Below, one piece after another: positions 1-9,995 of a stretch of DNA of 64,000 nt; position 1 is the first letter of the stretch; the number at the start of each line of letters is the position of its first letter. The stretch is taken from positions 650,160-714,159 of the forward strand of contig JAUSCS010000006.1 in NCBI GenBank assembly GCA_030651135.1, written 5' to 3'. Below the pieces are notes generated by a model. It had not been told where the DNA came from. It ran no database searches and was given only the letters and a program-made list of their open reading frames with translations. Both the position numbers and the translations under genes were made by a program. This DNA is from Candidatus Woesearchaeota archaeon. Its GTDB lineage: Archaea; Nanobdellota; Nanobdellia; Woesearchaeales; JACPBO01.

Positions 1-2
1 TT

Positions 3-1277
3 GCGTTAGATCAGGCAAAGGTTGTTGGCAAAAGGCCGCATGGAAGATTAGCCGGGCTGACTGTCTCGATAAAAGACTGTATCTGCGTTGATGGCGTTGA
101 ATCAACTGCCGGCTCAAAAATATTGAAAGGTTACAATCCTGTTTTCAATGCAACTGTTGTTGAAAAAATAATAAGGGAAGGGGCGATTATTGTCGGAAAA
201 ACATCGCAGGATGAATTTGGCTTCGGAGGATTTTCCATTAATACTGGTGTTGACTTTAAAATTCCATTGAATCCTTTTGATAAGGAAAGGAGCTGCGGAG
301 GAAGCTCTGGCGGCTCTGGCGGTATAACGCAAAAAGCATCTTTCCCGCATATCAGTTTGGGTGAAAGCACAGGCGGATCAATTGTAAATCCTGCATCGTT
401 CTGCGGGGTTGTAGGCTTGTGCCCCACATATGGAAGAGTTTCCCGTTATGGTTTGATAGATTACGCTAATAGCCTTGATAAAATCGGGCCAATGGCCAAG
501 AATGTTTATGATGCTGCGCTGATGCTTGAAATAATTTCAGGGCATGACCCAAAAGACTCAACAACAATAAGCAAGGCTGTTGAAAAATATACAGATGCTG
601 TTGGAAAAGACTGCGATGGAATGAAGATCGGCATTATAAAGGACTCATTTGGCGAGGGAACAGACAAGGAAGTTAAAAACAAGGTTATGGATGCTGTTAA
701 AAAGCTTGAAAAAAACAATGTGAAATACGAAGAAGTTTCATTGCCAATAACATATAAATACGGGATTGCATGCTACTATCTTATCGCAATGTCTGAGTCC
801 TCAACAAACCTTGCAAAGTACTGCGGAATGAGATACGGGAAGCATGAAAAGCTTGAAGGCAATTTTAATGAATATTTTTCAAAAGTAAGGTCGCTTAACT
901 TTGGCCCAGAAGCAAAAAGAAGAATTATTCTTGGAACATTCGCAAGAATGGCAGGCTACAGGGATGCTTATTATATCAAAGCAATGAAAGTAAGGACAAA
1001 GGTTATTGATGAATACAAAAAATTATTCAAGAAATATGATGCATTGATCTCACCCACAATGCCGATAACTGCTCCAAAAATAAAAGAGATAGAAAAGCTA
1101 ACTCCTTTGCAGAATTATATGATGGACATCATGACTGTTGGCCCTAATCTAGCGGGTCTGCCGCATATAAGTATTCCTGTCAGGTTTAAAGGCAATATGC
1201 CGATAGGCATGATGATTATTGGCGATCATCTTGAAGAAAGCAAGATAATCCAATTAGGAAGCGCAGTGGAAAAATGA
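3..1277 (+). CDS. gatA: Asp/Glu-tRNA amidotransferase subunit A (5'-partial)
   Basis: Frame is open from the window edge (…GRLAGLTVSIKDCI…). Amidase signature GGSSGGS, ESTGGSIVNPASFCGVVG, plus EAKRRIILGT. gatB lies downstream. Confidence 0.95.
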   Translation, partial: ALDQAKVVGKRPHGRLAGLTVSIKDCICVDGVESTAGSKILKGYNPVFNATVVEKIIREGAIIVGKTSQDEFGFGGFSINTGVDFKIPLNPFDKERSCGGSSGGSGGITQKASFPHISLGESTGGSIVNPASFCGVVGLCPTYGRVSRYGLIDYANSLDKIGPMAKNVYDAALMLEIISGHDPKDSTTISKAVEKYTDAVGKDCDGMKIGIIKDSFGEGTDKEVKNKVMDAVKKLEKNNVKYEEVSLPITYKYGIACYYLIAMSESSTNLAKYCGMRYGKHEKLEGNFNEYFSKVRSLNFGPEAKRRIILGTFARMAGYRDAYYIKAMKVRTKVIDEYKKLFKKYDALISPTMPITAPKIKEIEKLTPLQNYMMDIMTVGPNLAGLPHISIPVRFKGNMPIGMMIIGDHLEESKIIQLGSAVEK

Positions 1278-1414
1278 CAAAATGGGGCAATCAGAAGGAT
1301 GTTACAGCTTTGGAAAGCGAAGACAAGCCAAAGAAATGCCCAGACTGCGGCGGCAAGATCGTCTTTGAAGATGGCGAATTAATCTGCAGGGTTTGCGGGC
1401 TGATAGTTGAATAA
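1274..1414 (+). CDS. Small TFIIB-type zinc-ribbon protein (46 aa)
   Basis: Read manually: MTKWGNQKDVTALESEDKPKKCPDCGGKIVFEDGELICRVCGLIVE, two CxxC pairs. The ATG overlaps the gatA stop (ATGA). Confidence 0.8.
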   Translation: MTKWGNQKDVTALESEDKPKKCPDCGGKIVFEDGELICRVCGLIVE

Positions 1415-1432
1415 TTTGAATAACGCGTTGGA

Positions 1433-2260
1433 ATGATCATGCAAAAAAGAGGCCAGATAACTGCATTCATTATAATAGGGCTTGTTCTAGTTATTTCTCT
1501 GGTCATTGTTTTTTCAATATCGGGCGGCAGGCAGGCAAGCGAGCTGAAAAGCTCAGCTGCTGAGGCAACTGTTGGCAGCGTAGAAACAACCGTGATCCGC
1601 ACATATATTGAGAATTGCCTGAAGACTACATCTCAGGATGCTGTCTTTTCAAAAATAGGGCTGCACGGGGGATATTTAACAGAAGAAACAGACGTAAATT
1701 ATGCCCACTATCAGGACGACGAAATTACTTATTACGTTCCTTATTATGTTGATGGTGCAGCTATTTCTATTCCTGCGCTCAGCTATATTGAAGCCAAAGC
1801 AGGAGAATATGTTGCAGCAGAAGTTGACACGTGCATTGATTTCGATATGCTGAAAGATCTGGGATATAATATAACAAAAGAGGATGAAATAGAAGTGAGC
1901 TTTAAAATAAACAGGGAAGATATTTCTGTTTCAATGCAATATCTGATAACTGCAAAAAAGGACTCCTCTATGGCAGAATTGTCGCAGTTCAGTGTTGTGC
2001 TTCCGATAAGGCTTGGATTGTTGTATGAAAAAGCAAATGAAATTGTGAATGCGATAAAAGCTGCAGAGCAAATCCAGCCGCCTGAAAATTATGATATTTC
2101 GCAGCACTGCAGTATGTTCGACAATAACGTCAATGTTTATTTTAAGAACGGTGAAATAGTGCAGCTGGTCGACTTCAAAACTTATGATTACAAATATACA
2201 CATTCAACCATATACCAGTTCGCAATACAAAATGTCAGATTCACAGGTGAGTGCAGTTGA
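1433..2260 (+). CDS. Secreted pilin-like protein with class III signal peptide
   Basis: N-terminus KRG/QITAFIIIGLVLV is an archaeal prepilin-type cleavage site followed by a hydrophobic helix. Confidence 0.7.
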   Translation: MIMQKRGQITAFIIIGLVLVISLVIVFSISGGRQASELKSSAAEATVGSVETTVIRTYIENCLKTTSQDAVFSKIGLHGGYLTEETDVNYAHYQDDEITYYVPYYVDGAAISIPALSYIEAKAGEYVAAEVDTCIDFDMLKDLGYNITKEDEIEVSFKINREDISVSMQYLITAKKDSSMAELSQFSVVLPIRLGLLYEKANEIVNAIKAAEQIQPPENYDISQHCSMFDNNVNVYFKNGEIVQLVDFKTYDYKYTHSTIYQFAIQNVRFTGECS

Positions 2261-3180
2261 AAAAAAACAATGCAGTATTTTTTGTTTTGATGATTTTATT
2301 TATTTTTATTTCTGTAAAAATAGCCCAGGCTGTTCCAGATTCTGACCGCGATGGTGTTCCTGACGCAAATGACAAATGCCCAGGCACAGCTGTATTGATC
2401 GTTGACAGCAATGGCTGCTCCTGCGCCCAAAAAAACTGCCCCAGCTTGAACAATCCGTGCAGAAAAGACTGCGATGACAGCACTTATGAAGCGATATGCG
2501 GCAAGCCGATCGATTATGCGTCATGCGGCAGCGCAAGAACGTGCCCAGAGGATAAATGCGAAGGAGATCTTTTTGTTGATTATCCTGAAAGCAAGAATGA
2601 TTACTGCCTGAACGGAGACTGCTTTGCTTATTCATGCGCAGCATTAAGCAGAGCATATAATGCAGATTGCGCATCTGGAAAAAAACCCAACATTAATGAA
2701 AGCGTTAATAAAACTGTTACGAGCAGCATAATCAATTTAACCAATCTGACAAACATTACAAATCTAACAAGTGCGGCTATTGGGGGAGGCGTTGCAGAAA
2801 ATTTAGAAAATGCCAGCGGCCTTAATCTTTCAAACCAATCAGCAACAAGCAAAGATTCAGGATTTCCGTTTATTCCTTCTGGCGAAGAAAGAACTGCTGC
2901 CAGTCCAATAAAATTCAATCTCGATGCAAGAATAATCATTGTTGGCTTTATTTCAATAGCAATCTTAATCGCAATCATATCGGCAATTCTGATCATAGCA
3001 AGGCAGATTGCAGTATCAGAAGCTGTTTCAATAGAAAGAGATTTGAAGCTGAGAAGATACATATTGGCGGCATTGGCAGCAGGATTTACAATTGATCAGA
3101 TAAGAAGAAGGTTGAAAATGTCAAAGATCCCGGACAAGCATGTTAAGAGGGCGATGAGGGGGATAAGGTTAAAGCGCTAA
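2251..3180 (+). CDS. Cys-rich surface protein with TSP type-3-like Ca-binding repeat and C-terminal TM anchor
   Basis: Signal peptide, DSDRDGVPDANDKCPGT, many Cys, NxT-rich linker, TM helix, basic cytoplasmic tail. GTG start. Confidence 0.7.
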   Translation: MQLKKNNAVFFVLMILFIFISVKIAQAVPDSDRDGVPDANDKCPGTAVLIVDSNGCSCAQKNCPSLNNPCRKDCDDSTYEAICGKPIDYASCGSARTCPEDKCEGDLFVDYPESKNDYCLNGDCFAYSCAALSRAYNADCASGKKPNINESVNKTVTSSIINLTNLTNITNLTSAAIGGGVAENLENASGLNLSNQSATSKDSGFPFIPSGEERTAASPIKFNLDARIIIVGFISIAILIAIISAILIIARQIAVSEAVSIERDLKLRRYILAALAAGFTIDQIRRRLKMSKIPDKHVKRAMRGIRLKR

Positions 3181-4835
3181 GAAAGATTTAAGCTATCATA
3201 GATTTTCTCAAATAAAACCCCTTTTCTAAAAACAACGGGTGAGCCAGAACTTAAATCTATTATTGTTCCGCCTTTTCTTTCAGGATTTTGATATTTTGCA
3301 GGTTTTGAATCATAAATTATGTAATCAACATTATTGACCATTTGTACGGGCAGTTCTTCAAATACCGCACAATTTCCTTCTCCAGTATTATTGGCTGAAG
3401 ACCCGACAATTAAAACCTTGTCTTTCGTTGATAATTGCGCTAATGCTTCAATAACATTTCCAGGATTAAACGGAACTGCAATTTTTCCATCCTGCACCGT
3501 ATGATTCAATACCCACTCCGATAATGCGCCATACCATTGTCTAGATCTTGGGTTGATAGGAACTAAAAAAGAACACAGGTATCCTGCTTCTTTAATTGAC
3601 CGGATATATTTTTCATATGTTGGTATGGGCACATAAGTGACATCATCAAATATTTCTTGGTTATTTCCTATTACCATGCAAGGCTTATATTCAGGCCTTC
3701 CTTTTAATTCATACATCTTCTTTATGGCTTCTTCAGAATTTCCCAATAGCACATAACCAACATCTGAAGGAACTAAAATTAACCCGCCTTCTTTAAGAAC
3801 AGCATATGCCCTTTTAACCTCACGATCGACATTAGCATCACCTAACTCGCTACTTGAATATTTGCCTTGTTTCAATAGCCTTTCCCTCCCTACGTTGTTA
3901 GGATCAAACAATTCATAAGTGGCTGTATTTTTTAAGATGCCTTTTTGATGAGTTCCGCTTAAAGTCGTGAAGGATGTTTTCCCGACTACTGCTTTTTCAC
4001 AAGGAGAATCTCTCCCCAATACAGTATAAACCAATTTGCTTGTTCCAAAGAGCAATTTGGGCTTTATATTTGTTGTAAAATTATAAAAATCAGGCCTTGC
4101 GATTGAAGCAGCAATTATCTCTTCTAATGCGCAATTACCGCTTCGTTCCCCAACACCATTGATAGTTGTCTGTATTTCATCAACTCCTGCTTTGATTGCT
4201 GCCAGAGTATTTGCAACTGCTAATCCCAAATCATTATGCATATGAACACTTATTTTTAAAGAATCTTTAAAATGAGCTTTTATTTTTTTTATCAGATCTC
4301 TAAATTCTTCTGGCTGCGAATGACCTAAAGTATCAGCTATAACGATGCTATTCGCTCCTGCCTTTTTGGATTCTTCACATAATTTAACAAAGAAGGCATA
4401 ATCTGCTCTTGTTGCGTCCTCGATCCCAATAGCCACATCCTGAAATCTTTGTTTTGCGTATTGTGCTGCTTTAATGGTGTTTTCAATAGTTTGCTCTTTT
4501 GACCAACCCAGTTTATTAATCAGAATATCTGAACCAACAGTTGCTAATTCTATTTGAGCATTTTTGTTGGATTTTATGGCATAGTGGGCTGCATCAATAT
4601 CGGATTGATGTAATCTTGAAAATACGCACAACTTTGCATTTAAGTTAAGGCGGCTTATTTCTTGTGCAGCAAGATACTCCATATAACACGCTGCAGGAAA
4701 CCCTGCCTCAATTGTGTTTATGCCCAATTTATCCAGAGCCTTGGCTACCTCTATTTTCTGGGCAATAGTCATCCTGTTATTTGCTCCTTGCTCTCCGTCC
4801 CTGAGTGTTGTGTCGAAAATATTTACCTGTTTCAT
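3177..4835 (-). CDS. Fusion of 2-isopropylmalate/homocitrate-synthase-like DRE-TIM domain and divergent Sua5/YrdC-like domain
   Basis: N-terminal DTTLRDGEQ, HMHNDLG, GERSGN. C-terminal LKEGGLILVPSDVGY…KGRPEYKP…GSSAN…TIIDL…RKG resembles YrdC. Confidence 0.8.
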   Translation of the reverse strand: MKQVNIFDTTLRDGEQGANNRMTIAQKIEVAKALDKLGINTIEAGFPAACYMEYLAAQEISRLNLNAKLCVFSRLHQSDIDAAHYAIKSNKNAQIELATVGSDILINKLGWSKEQTIENTIKAAQYAKQRFQDVAIGIEDATRADYAFFVKLCEESKKAGANSIVIADTLGHSQPEEFRDLIKKIKAHFKDSLKISVHMHNDLGLAVANTLAAIKAGVDEIQTTINGVGERSGNCALEEIIAASIARPDFYNFTTNIKPKLLFGTSKLVYTVLGRDSPCEKAVVGKTSFTTLSGTHQKGILKNTATYELFDPNNVGRERLLKQGKYSSSELGDANVDREVKRAYAVLKEGGLILVPSDVGYVLLGNSEEAIKKMYELKGRPEYKPCMVIGNNQEIFDDVTYVPIPTYEKYIRSIKEAGYLCSFLVPINPRSRQWYGALSEWVLNHTVQDGKIAVPFNPGNVIEALAQLSTKDKVLIVGSSANNTGEGNCAVFEELPVQMVNNVDYIIYDSKPAKYQNPERKGGTIIDLSSGSPVVFRKGVLFEKIYDSLNLS

Positions 4836-4836
4836 A

Positions 4837-4856
4837 TAATTACCGTACAGTAATTA
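4837..4856. promoter_or_regulatory. Putative operator TAATTAC-N6-GTAATTA
   Basis: Perfect 7-bp inverted repeat next to the start codon of the fusion gene, in the divergent intergenic region with TrmB. Confidence 0.5.
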
Positions 4857-4941
4857 CATTTATTAAAGTATATAAATCTTTGTTGTAAATATAATTACTA
4901 CAAATAGAAACATTTAAAAGGCCGAGAATATATCCTGCATT

Positions 4942-5700
4942 ATGAGAGAAGATGTATTAAAGTCGCTTGGGCTTTCAGACAAAGAAGCCAAGACTTACAT
5001 TGTGCTGCTGGAACTTGGCCCTAGCTTAGCCAGCGAAGTGTCAAAAAAGACAGACATTCCAAGAACATTTACATATGACATTTTAAACGAGCTGATCAAG
5101 AAAGGACTGGCTTCTTACTTCATAAAAGAGAACAGAAAATACTTCAGGGCAACAGATCCTGAAAACCTAAAGACAGTGATAGAGCAGCAGAAGAGAATTC
5201 AATTATCGCTAATTTCAGAGGCATTGCCTGAATTAAATGAAATAAAATTCAAAGAGGCAGAAGAAAAGCCAAAAGTTGAATTGTATGAAGGAAAAGAAGG
5301 AGTTAAGACGATCCTGAACGATATCCTCAATACAAGGCCCAAAGAGATTCTTGTATATGGCGGCGTAGGCCAGTCAAGGGTCTTATTCCCAGTATTTATG
5401 AAACACTGGCATAAAAGAAGGCAGGAGCTTAAAATAAAGTTTAAGGTGATCTATAACAAAACAGAAGAGGCAGAGGAGAGGTTTAAAAAATTCAAGGAGG
5501 ATTACAAATATTCTGAGGTGAAGTTTCTGCCGCTCTCTTTTTTCTCCCCAACTGCAATGATAGTTTATAAAAACAAGGTTGCCCTTACTGTGTGGACCAA
5601 ATATCCTTTTGGGATTTTGATACAAAGCAGCGAAATCTCAGAAAATTATAAAAAGAGATTTGAATATTTATGGGAAATGGCAAGTAAAATCATCAAATGA
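4942..5700 (+). CDS. TrmB-family transcriptional regulator
   Basis: LGLSDKEAKTYIVLLELG…RTFTYDILNELIKKGL wHTH, then YEGKEGVK and an effector domain. Confidence 0.9.
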   Translation: MREDVLKSLGLSDKEAKTYIVLLELGPSLASEVSKKTDIPRTFTYDILNELIKKGLASYFIKENRKYFRATDPENLKTVIEQQKRIQLSLISEALPELNEIKFKEAEEKPKVELYEGKEGVKTILNDILNTRPKEILVYGGVGQSRVLFPVFMKHWHKRRQELKIKFKVIYNKTEEAEERFKKFKEDYKYSEVKFLPLSFFSPTAMIVYKNKVALTVWTKYPFGILIQSSEISENYKKRFEYLWEMASKIIK

Positions 5701-5708
5701 GATAAAAA

Positions 5709-7127
5709 ATGACCCAAAACTTTACAAGCGACATTGTGATCGGCCTTGAAATTCACGTTGAATTAAACACAAAAACAAAATTATTCTGCGGCTGCGCAAC
5801 AAAAGGCAATGAAGATCCGAATACAAGAACCTGCCCGACATGCCTGGGCCATCCAGGGAGCAAGCCAGTATTAAACCAGGATGCGCTTGAATTTGCATTG
5901 AAGCTCTGCATTGCCCTTGACGCAGATGTTTCGCCGGAAATTGTCTTTTCAAGAAAATCGTATTTCTATCCTGATATGTCAAAGAATTTTCAGATAACGC
6001 AGTATGAAGTTCCTCTTGCAAAAGACGGGAAATTAAAGCTGAAAGCCGGGAAAACAATCGGAATAGCAAAATTGCATCTTGAGGAAGATCCTGCTTCCCT
6101 TGTCCATATCGGGTCAATGCAACAGTCTCCTTTTGTTCTGGTTGATTACAACAGAAGCGGCAACCCTCTTGTTGAGGTTGTTACAAAGCCCGAGCTTGAA
6201 AGCCCGGAAGAAGCTCGCGACTTTATGAACCAGCTCATTTCAATATTGGCATATTTGAGGATTTTTGACATCAACAATGGGATAATAAAAGCAGATGCAA
6301 ATGTTTCAATAAGGGAGAGCGGCTATGTAAGGGCAGAAGTTAAGAATATAACTGGATTCAAGGACATTGAGAGAGCATTGAGTTATGAAGTTGAAAGGCA
6401 GAAGAAGGAAATCGAAGAAGGCAAAAAATTAAAGCAGGAGACAAGGGCATGGGATTCTGAAAAAGGAATTACATTTTTGCTGAGAACAAAAGAAACAGAA
6501 GAGGATTACGGCTACATAATTGAGCCTGATTTAACAAGGATCGAGATAAGCAGCGAACTAGTTGAAAGAATAAAAGAAGCAATGCCGGAATTGGCGCATG
6601 AAAAGGCGAAGCGTTTTGCCTCGCAATACAAGATAAAGAAAGAAGATGCTGAAGTGCTGGCTCAGGAATTTATGCTTGCAAAGCTTTATGAGCAGGTCGC
6701 AAAGGAAATTGACCCTCTGTTGGCTGCAAAATGGCTGAGAAGGGAATTGCCAAGGGTTCTGAATTATATCAAAAAGGATTTAGAGGAAGTTGAACTTGAT
6801 GAAACGCATATAATTGACCTGCTCGATCTGGTTGAGAAAAAGGTTATAACAGAACAGGTTGCTCAAAGATTATTGGAAAAATTAGTTGAATCTCCTTTTG
6901 ATGTAAAAAAATATGTTAAAGATCAAGGCATGGAAGCTGTTTCTGACAAAAAAGAGCTTGAAAAGTTCTGCATTGAAGCTATTGCAGAGAATCCAAAGGC
7001 AGTTGAAGACTATAAAAAAGGCAATGAAAAGGCGCTGAACTTCATTGTCGGATCAGTCATGAAGAAAACAAAAGGGAAGGCAACTCCTGTTGAAGTTAAT
7101 GAGATATTGAAGAAGCTGGTAAAATAA
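5709..7127 (+). CDS. gatB: Asp/Glu-tRNA amidotransferase subunit B
   Basis: IGLEIHVEL, RKSYFYPDMSKNFQITQY, VDYNRSGNPLVEVVTKP, C-terminal Yqey domain. Confidence 0.97.
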   Translation: MTQNFTSDIVIGLEIHVELNTKTKLFCGCATKGNEDPNTRTCPTCLGHPGSKPVLNQDALEFALKLCIALDADVSPEIVFSRKSYFYPDMSKNFQITQYEVPLAKDGKLKLKAGKTIGIAKLHLEEDPASLVHIGSMQQSPFVLVDYNRSGNPLVEVVTKPELESPEEARDFMNQLISILAYLRIFDINNGIIKADANVSIRESGYVRAEVKNITGFKDIERALSYEVERQKKEIEEGKKLKQETRAWDSEKGITFLLRTKETEEDYGYIIEPDLTRIEISSELVERIKEAMPELAHEKAKRFASQYKIKKEDAEVLAQEFMLAKLYEQVAKEIDPLLAAKWLRRELPRVLNYIKKDLEEVELDETHIIDLLDLVEKKVITEQVAQRLLEKLVESPFDVKKYVKDQGMEAVSDKKELEKFCIEAIAENPKAVEDYKKGNEKALNFIVGSVMKKTKGKATPVEVNEILKKLVK

Positions 7128-7217
7128 GGCGCTTTTTCATAATGAAATTTCTACAAAAGAGATTAATCGTTATCTAAAACCACAATCTTTATATATTAAT
7201 ACGTATTTTTACGTAAT

Positions 7218-8033
7218 ATGGTAGAATTGATCAGCAAAATAAGCAAAGGAAGCAGGATGGATCAGGTGTATATCCCGAAAAACAGGTCAGATTTTGCCAT
7301 AGGCAGCTATGTTGTGATAAAGCCGCTGGAAACTATGCCTGAAGAAGTGCTTAAGCCTTTTTTTTATAATATTAAATATCTGGAGCCGATAAAACTTAAA
7401 ATAGTGGAAGAGGTCTTTAAAAATATAGGAATGCTTGTCAAATTCGATAACATAATAATAACAGGCTCTTTTTTGGAAGAAGGGTTTAGATTTAATGATA
7501 TAGACATCATACTTGTCAGCGAAAATAAAATCGATGCAAAACTTATCGAAGCTTCTTTAAAGGAGAAAATTGGAATTGGATTTCATGTAAGTGCTATGAG
7601 CAACAAAGCTTTATTAAAGGGCATTTCCACAGATCCCTTATATCGCGCCATGCTGACTAAATGCGTTTCCAGTAAAAGGCTGATTTATAAAATACGCCCT
7701 GAAATAAACTATAAATTGCTAGACTTGCATCTTCTGAAAAGCAAGCCATTAATAGAAAACTTCGAGTTTTTAACAGGCGACGAAAAGTACAAAATAACAA
7801 GAAACCTTGTTGCCATACGCTTATTTATCGATAAAAAAGAAATAACCAAAAATAAAATAGATTCGGCTATTGATAACATTTTTGGCAGCAAAACAGTCCA
7901 GAAATTAAAAGAAAACATTGTTTTAAAAGAAGATTTTTTGGCTAAGTACAAGAAGCTTTATAAAGGTACTTTGAATAAGATTTTAGAGGGTATAAAGAAT
8001 GAGCCAAAACAAAAGGAGACTGAAGTAATTTAA
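7218..8033 (+). CDS. Hypothetical protein with nucleotidyltransferase-like domain
   Basis: ITGSFLEEGFRFNDIDII resembles the Pol-beta GS…DxD motif. N-terminus may be AbrB-like (QVYIPK). Confidence 0.55.
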   Translation: MVELISKISKGSRMDQVYIPKNRSDFAIGSYVVIKPLETMPEEVLKPFFYNIKYLEPIKLKIVEEVFKNIGMLVKFDNIIITGSFLEEGFRFNDIDIILVSENKIDAKLIEASLKEKIGIGFHVSAMSNKALLKGISTDPLYRAMLTKCVSSKRLIYKIRPEINYKLLDLHLLKSKPLIENFEFLTGDEKYKITRNLVAIRLFIDKKEITKNKIDSAIDNIFGSKTVQKLKENIVLKEDFLAKYKKLYKGTLNKILEGIKNEPKQKETEVI

Positions 8034-8037
8034 TAAA

Positions 8038-8787
8038 ATGATAATCGAATGGCTTTACAGTCTGATAAGCGTACTGATCATCAGCTTGATCTCCCTTATA
8101 GGCGTTTTTACATTTTTCATAAAAGAAAAAACACTGCAGCAGATATTGCTGTTTTTGGTTTCTTTTTCAACAGGCGCATTATTGGGCGATACATTTATTC
8201 ATTTGCTGCCGGAAGTTGTCAGTGAATATGGCTTCAGCATTGTTGTTTCGCTTTATATCCTATGCGGAATGCTTGTATTTTTTATACTTGAAAAATTCCT
8301 TCACTGGAGGCATTGCCACATCCCGACATCAAAGCAGCATCCGCATCCATTGGCTCTTATTAATTTAGTTGGCGATGGCCTGCACAACTTTATAGACGGC
8401 ATGGTGATTGCCGGCTCTTATCTTGTTTCTGTTCCGCTCGGAATTGCGACAACGCTTGCTGTTTTGTTCCATGAAATACCCCAGGAAATGGGAGATTTCG
8501 GGATTTTGCTGCATGCCGGGCTTTCAAAGAAAAAAGCGCTGTTCTTCAATTTTTTATCTGCATTGATCTCTGTTTTTGGAGCAATTTTAATTTTAGCGAT
8601 AGGTGGCGCAATAAAAGATCTTAATCTTTTCATCCTGCCATTTACAGCCGGAGGATTTATTTACATTGCAGGATCTGATCTTATACCGGAGCTGCACAAA
8701 GAAGTGATACCATTAAAGTCTTTAATCCAGCTCATTAGTTTGGTGTTTGGGATTTTGGTGATGATAGTTTTGTTGTTTCTAGGTTAA
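8038..8787 (+). CDS. ZIP-family (ZupT-like) metal transporter
   Basis: HLLPE, HWRHCH loop, GDGLHNFIDG, HEIPQEMGDF. Confidence 0.93.
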   Translation: MIIEWLYSLISVLIISLISLIGVFTFFIKEKTLQQILLFLVSFSTGALLGDTFIHLLPEVVSEYGFSIVVSLYILCGMLVFFILEKFLHWRHCHIPTSKQHPHPLALINLVGDGLHNFIDGMVIAGSYLVSVPLGIATTLAVLFHEIPQEMGDFGILLHAGLSKKKALFFNFLSALISVFGAILILAIGGAIKDLNLFILPFTAGGFIYIAGSDLIPELHKEVIPLKSLIQLISLVFGILVMIVLLFLG

Positions 8788-9995
8788 ATCTCAATCATCT
8801 TGCTGATTTCTTCCTTTATCCTCTTCTCAAAATCCGCTATTTTTTCGCCTTCGCCTTTTTCAGCACCAAGAACTTTCATAAGGCTTTTTATCAGGCTTTT
8901 TTCTTTCTCCAAAGACAGTCCTTCAACCTTTATCTGGCCTAAATGCTCTTTAATCAGTTTTTCCTCTGTTTCCTCGACTGATGTCACTTCAACCTTTGTT
9001 TCCTCAAATTCCCTTGATGAAAGCTTGTTTGTGTTTTTCATCACAAAGTATGCTGATTTTTCATAAAGCTTTTCAAAAATTATTTTAAAATCAATGCTTG
9101 ACGGCTTTCCTCTCTCTAGCATTCCCTCAAGCCGTATTGTTACGATTGTGTTGTTGAATTCCTTGTTTTTAATCTCTTTCAAAAGCATTTCATTTATTTC
9201 TTCAGGTGTTTTATTGTCGCAGTTGATTGTCAGCGATAAAACAGGGCATATTTGTATCGGCTCGTAGCTTAATTTATCATCTTCAACAATGTAGAAGCCT
9301 CCATTATGCAGTTTTTCTAATTCAAGGAAGCTATTGGGAAATAATGGGCCAGGATAAGCTATCAATCCATAATCCTTTTCTTTTTTTTCAATTACCTCAT
9401 GGACATGGCCCCCCGCATAATAGTTGAAGTTTTTCGGCAATAATGAAAAGGGGATTGATTCCATGGCTTCCAGATCTTCTGTTTTCAATTCAGTCAGTGC
9501 AGTATGAAATACAAATATCTTGTAACCCTGCTCTTTTTCAAGGGCGGCCCTGTCAAGCAGTTCGTAATAGCCCTTTTCCAAAGTTCCTTTTTTTCCCAGC
9601 AAGCCTGTAATCTTTGCCCCGGTTTTTGGATCAACTGTAAACTTTAATCTGAGCTTTCCATCTTTTTCTTCCCCTCTTGCAGCATTTATGAACAGCCCGG
9701 CTTCTTCCAAAACATCAAGCATTGTTTTTCCTGAAGGTGAGAAATCATGGCTGCCTGCTATGATGTAAACCGGAATGTTTTTGTTTTTTATTTCCTTTAA
9801 CTTTTTAACAGCTGTTTTTAAATTATCAATCGCAGGCAGTGATGTGTTGAAGAGATCGCCGGAGATTATAATGAAGTCAACATTCCGTTCAATGCAGAGG
9901 TCCATTGCCTTTATGAATGCATTTACAGAAAGATCTCTTAATTTCGGCTCTCTCCATGATCCTATGTGCATGTCTGCTAGATGGGCAAATTTCAT
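8784..9995 (-). CDS. mre11: Mre11/SbcD DNA repair nuclease
   Basis: ADMHIG, SGDLF, GSHD, FH and GGHVH metallophosphoesterase motifs. Linked to herA. Confidence 0.88.
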   Translation of the reverse strand: MKFAHLADMHIGSWREPKLRDLSVNAFIKAMDLCIERNVDFIIISGDLFNTSLPAIDNLKTAVKKLKEIKNKNIPVYIIAGSHDFSPSGKTMLDVLEEAGLFINAARGEEKDGKLRLKFTVDPKTGAKITGLLGKKGTLEKGYYELLDRAALEKEQGYKIFVFHTALTELKTEDLEAMESIPFSLLPKNFNYYAGGHVHEVIEKKEKDYGLIAYPGPLFPNSFLELEKLHNGGFYIVEDDKLSYEPIQICPVLSLTINCDNKTPEEINEMLLKEIKNKEFNNTIVTIRLEGMLERGKPSSIDFKIIFEKLYEKSAYFVMKNTNKLSSREFEETKVEVTSVEETEEKLIKEHLGQIKVEGLSLEKEKSLIKSLMKVLGAEKGEGEKIADFEKRIKEEISKMIEI

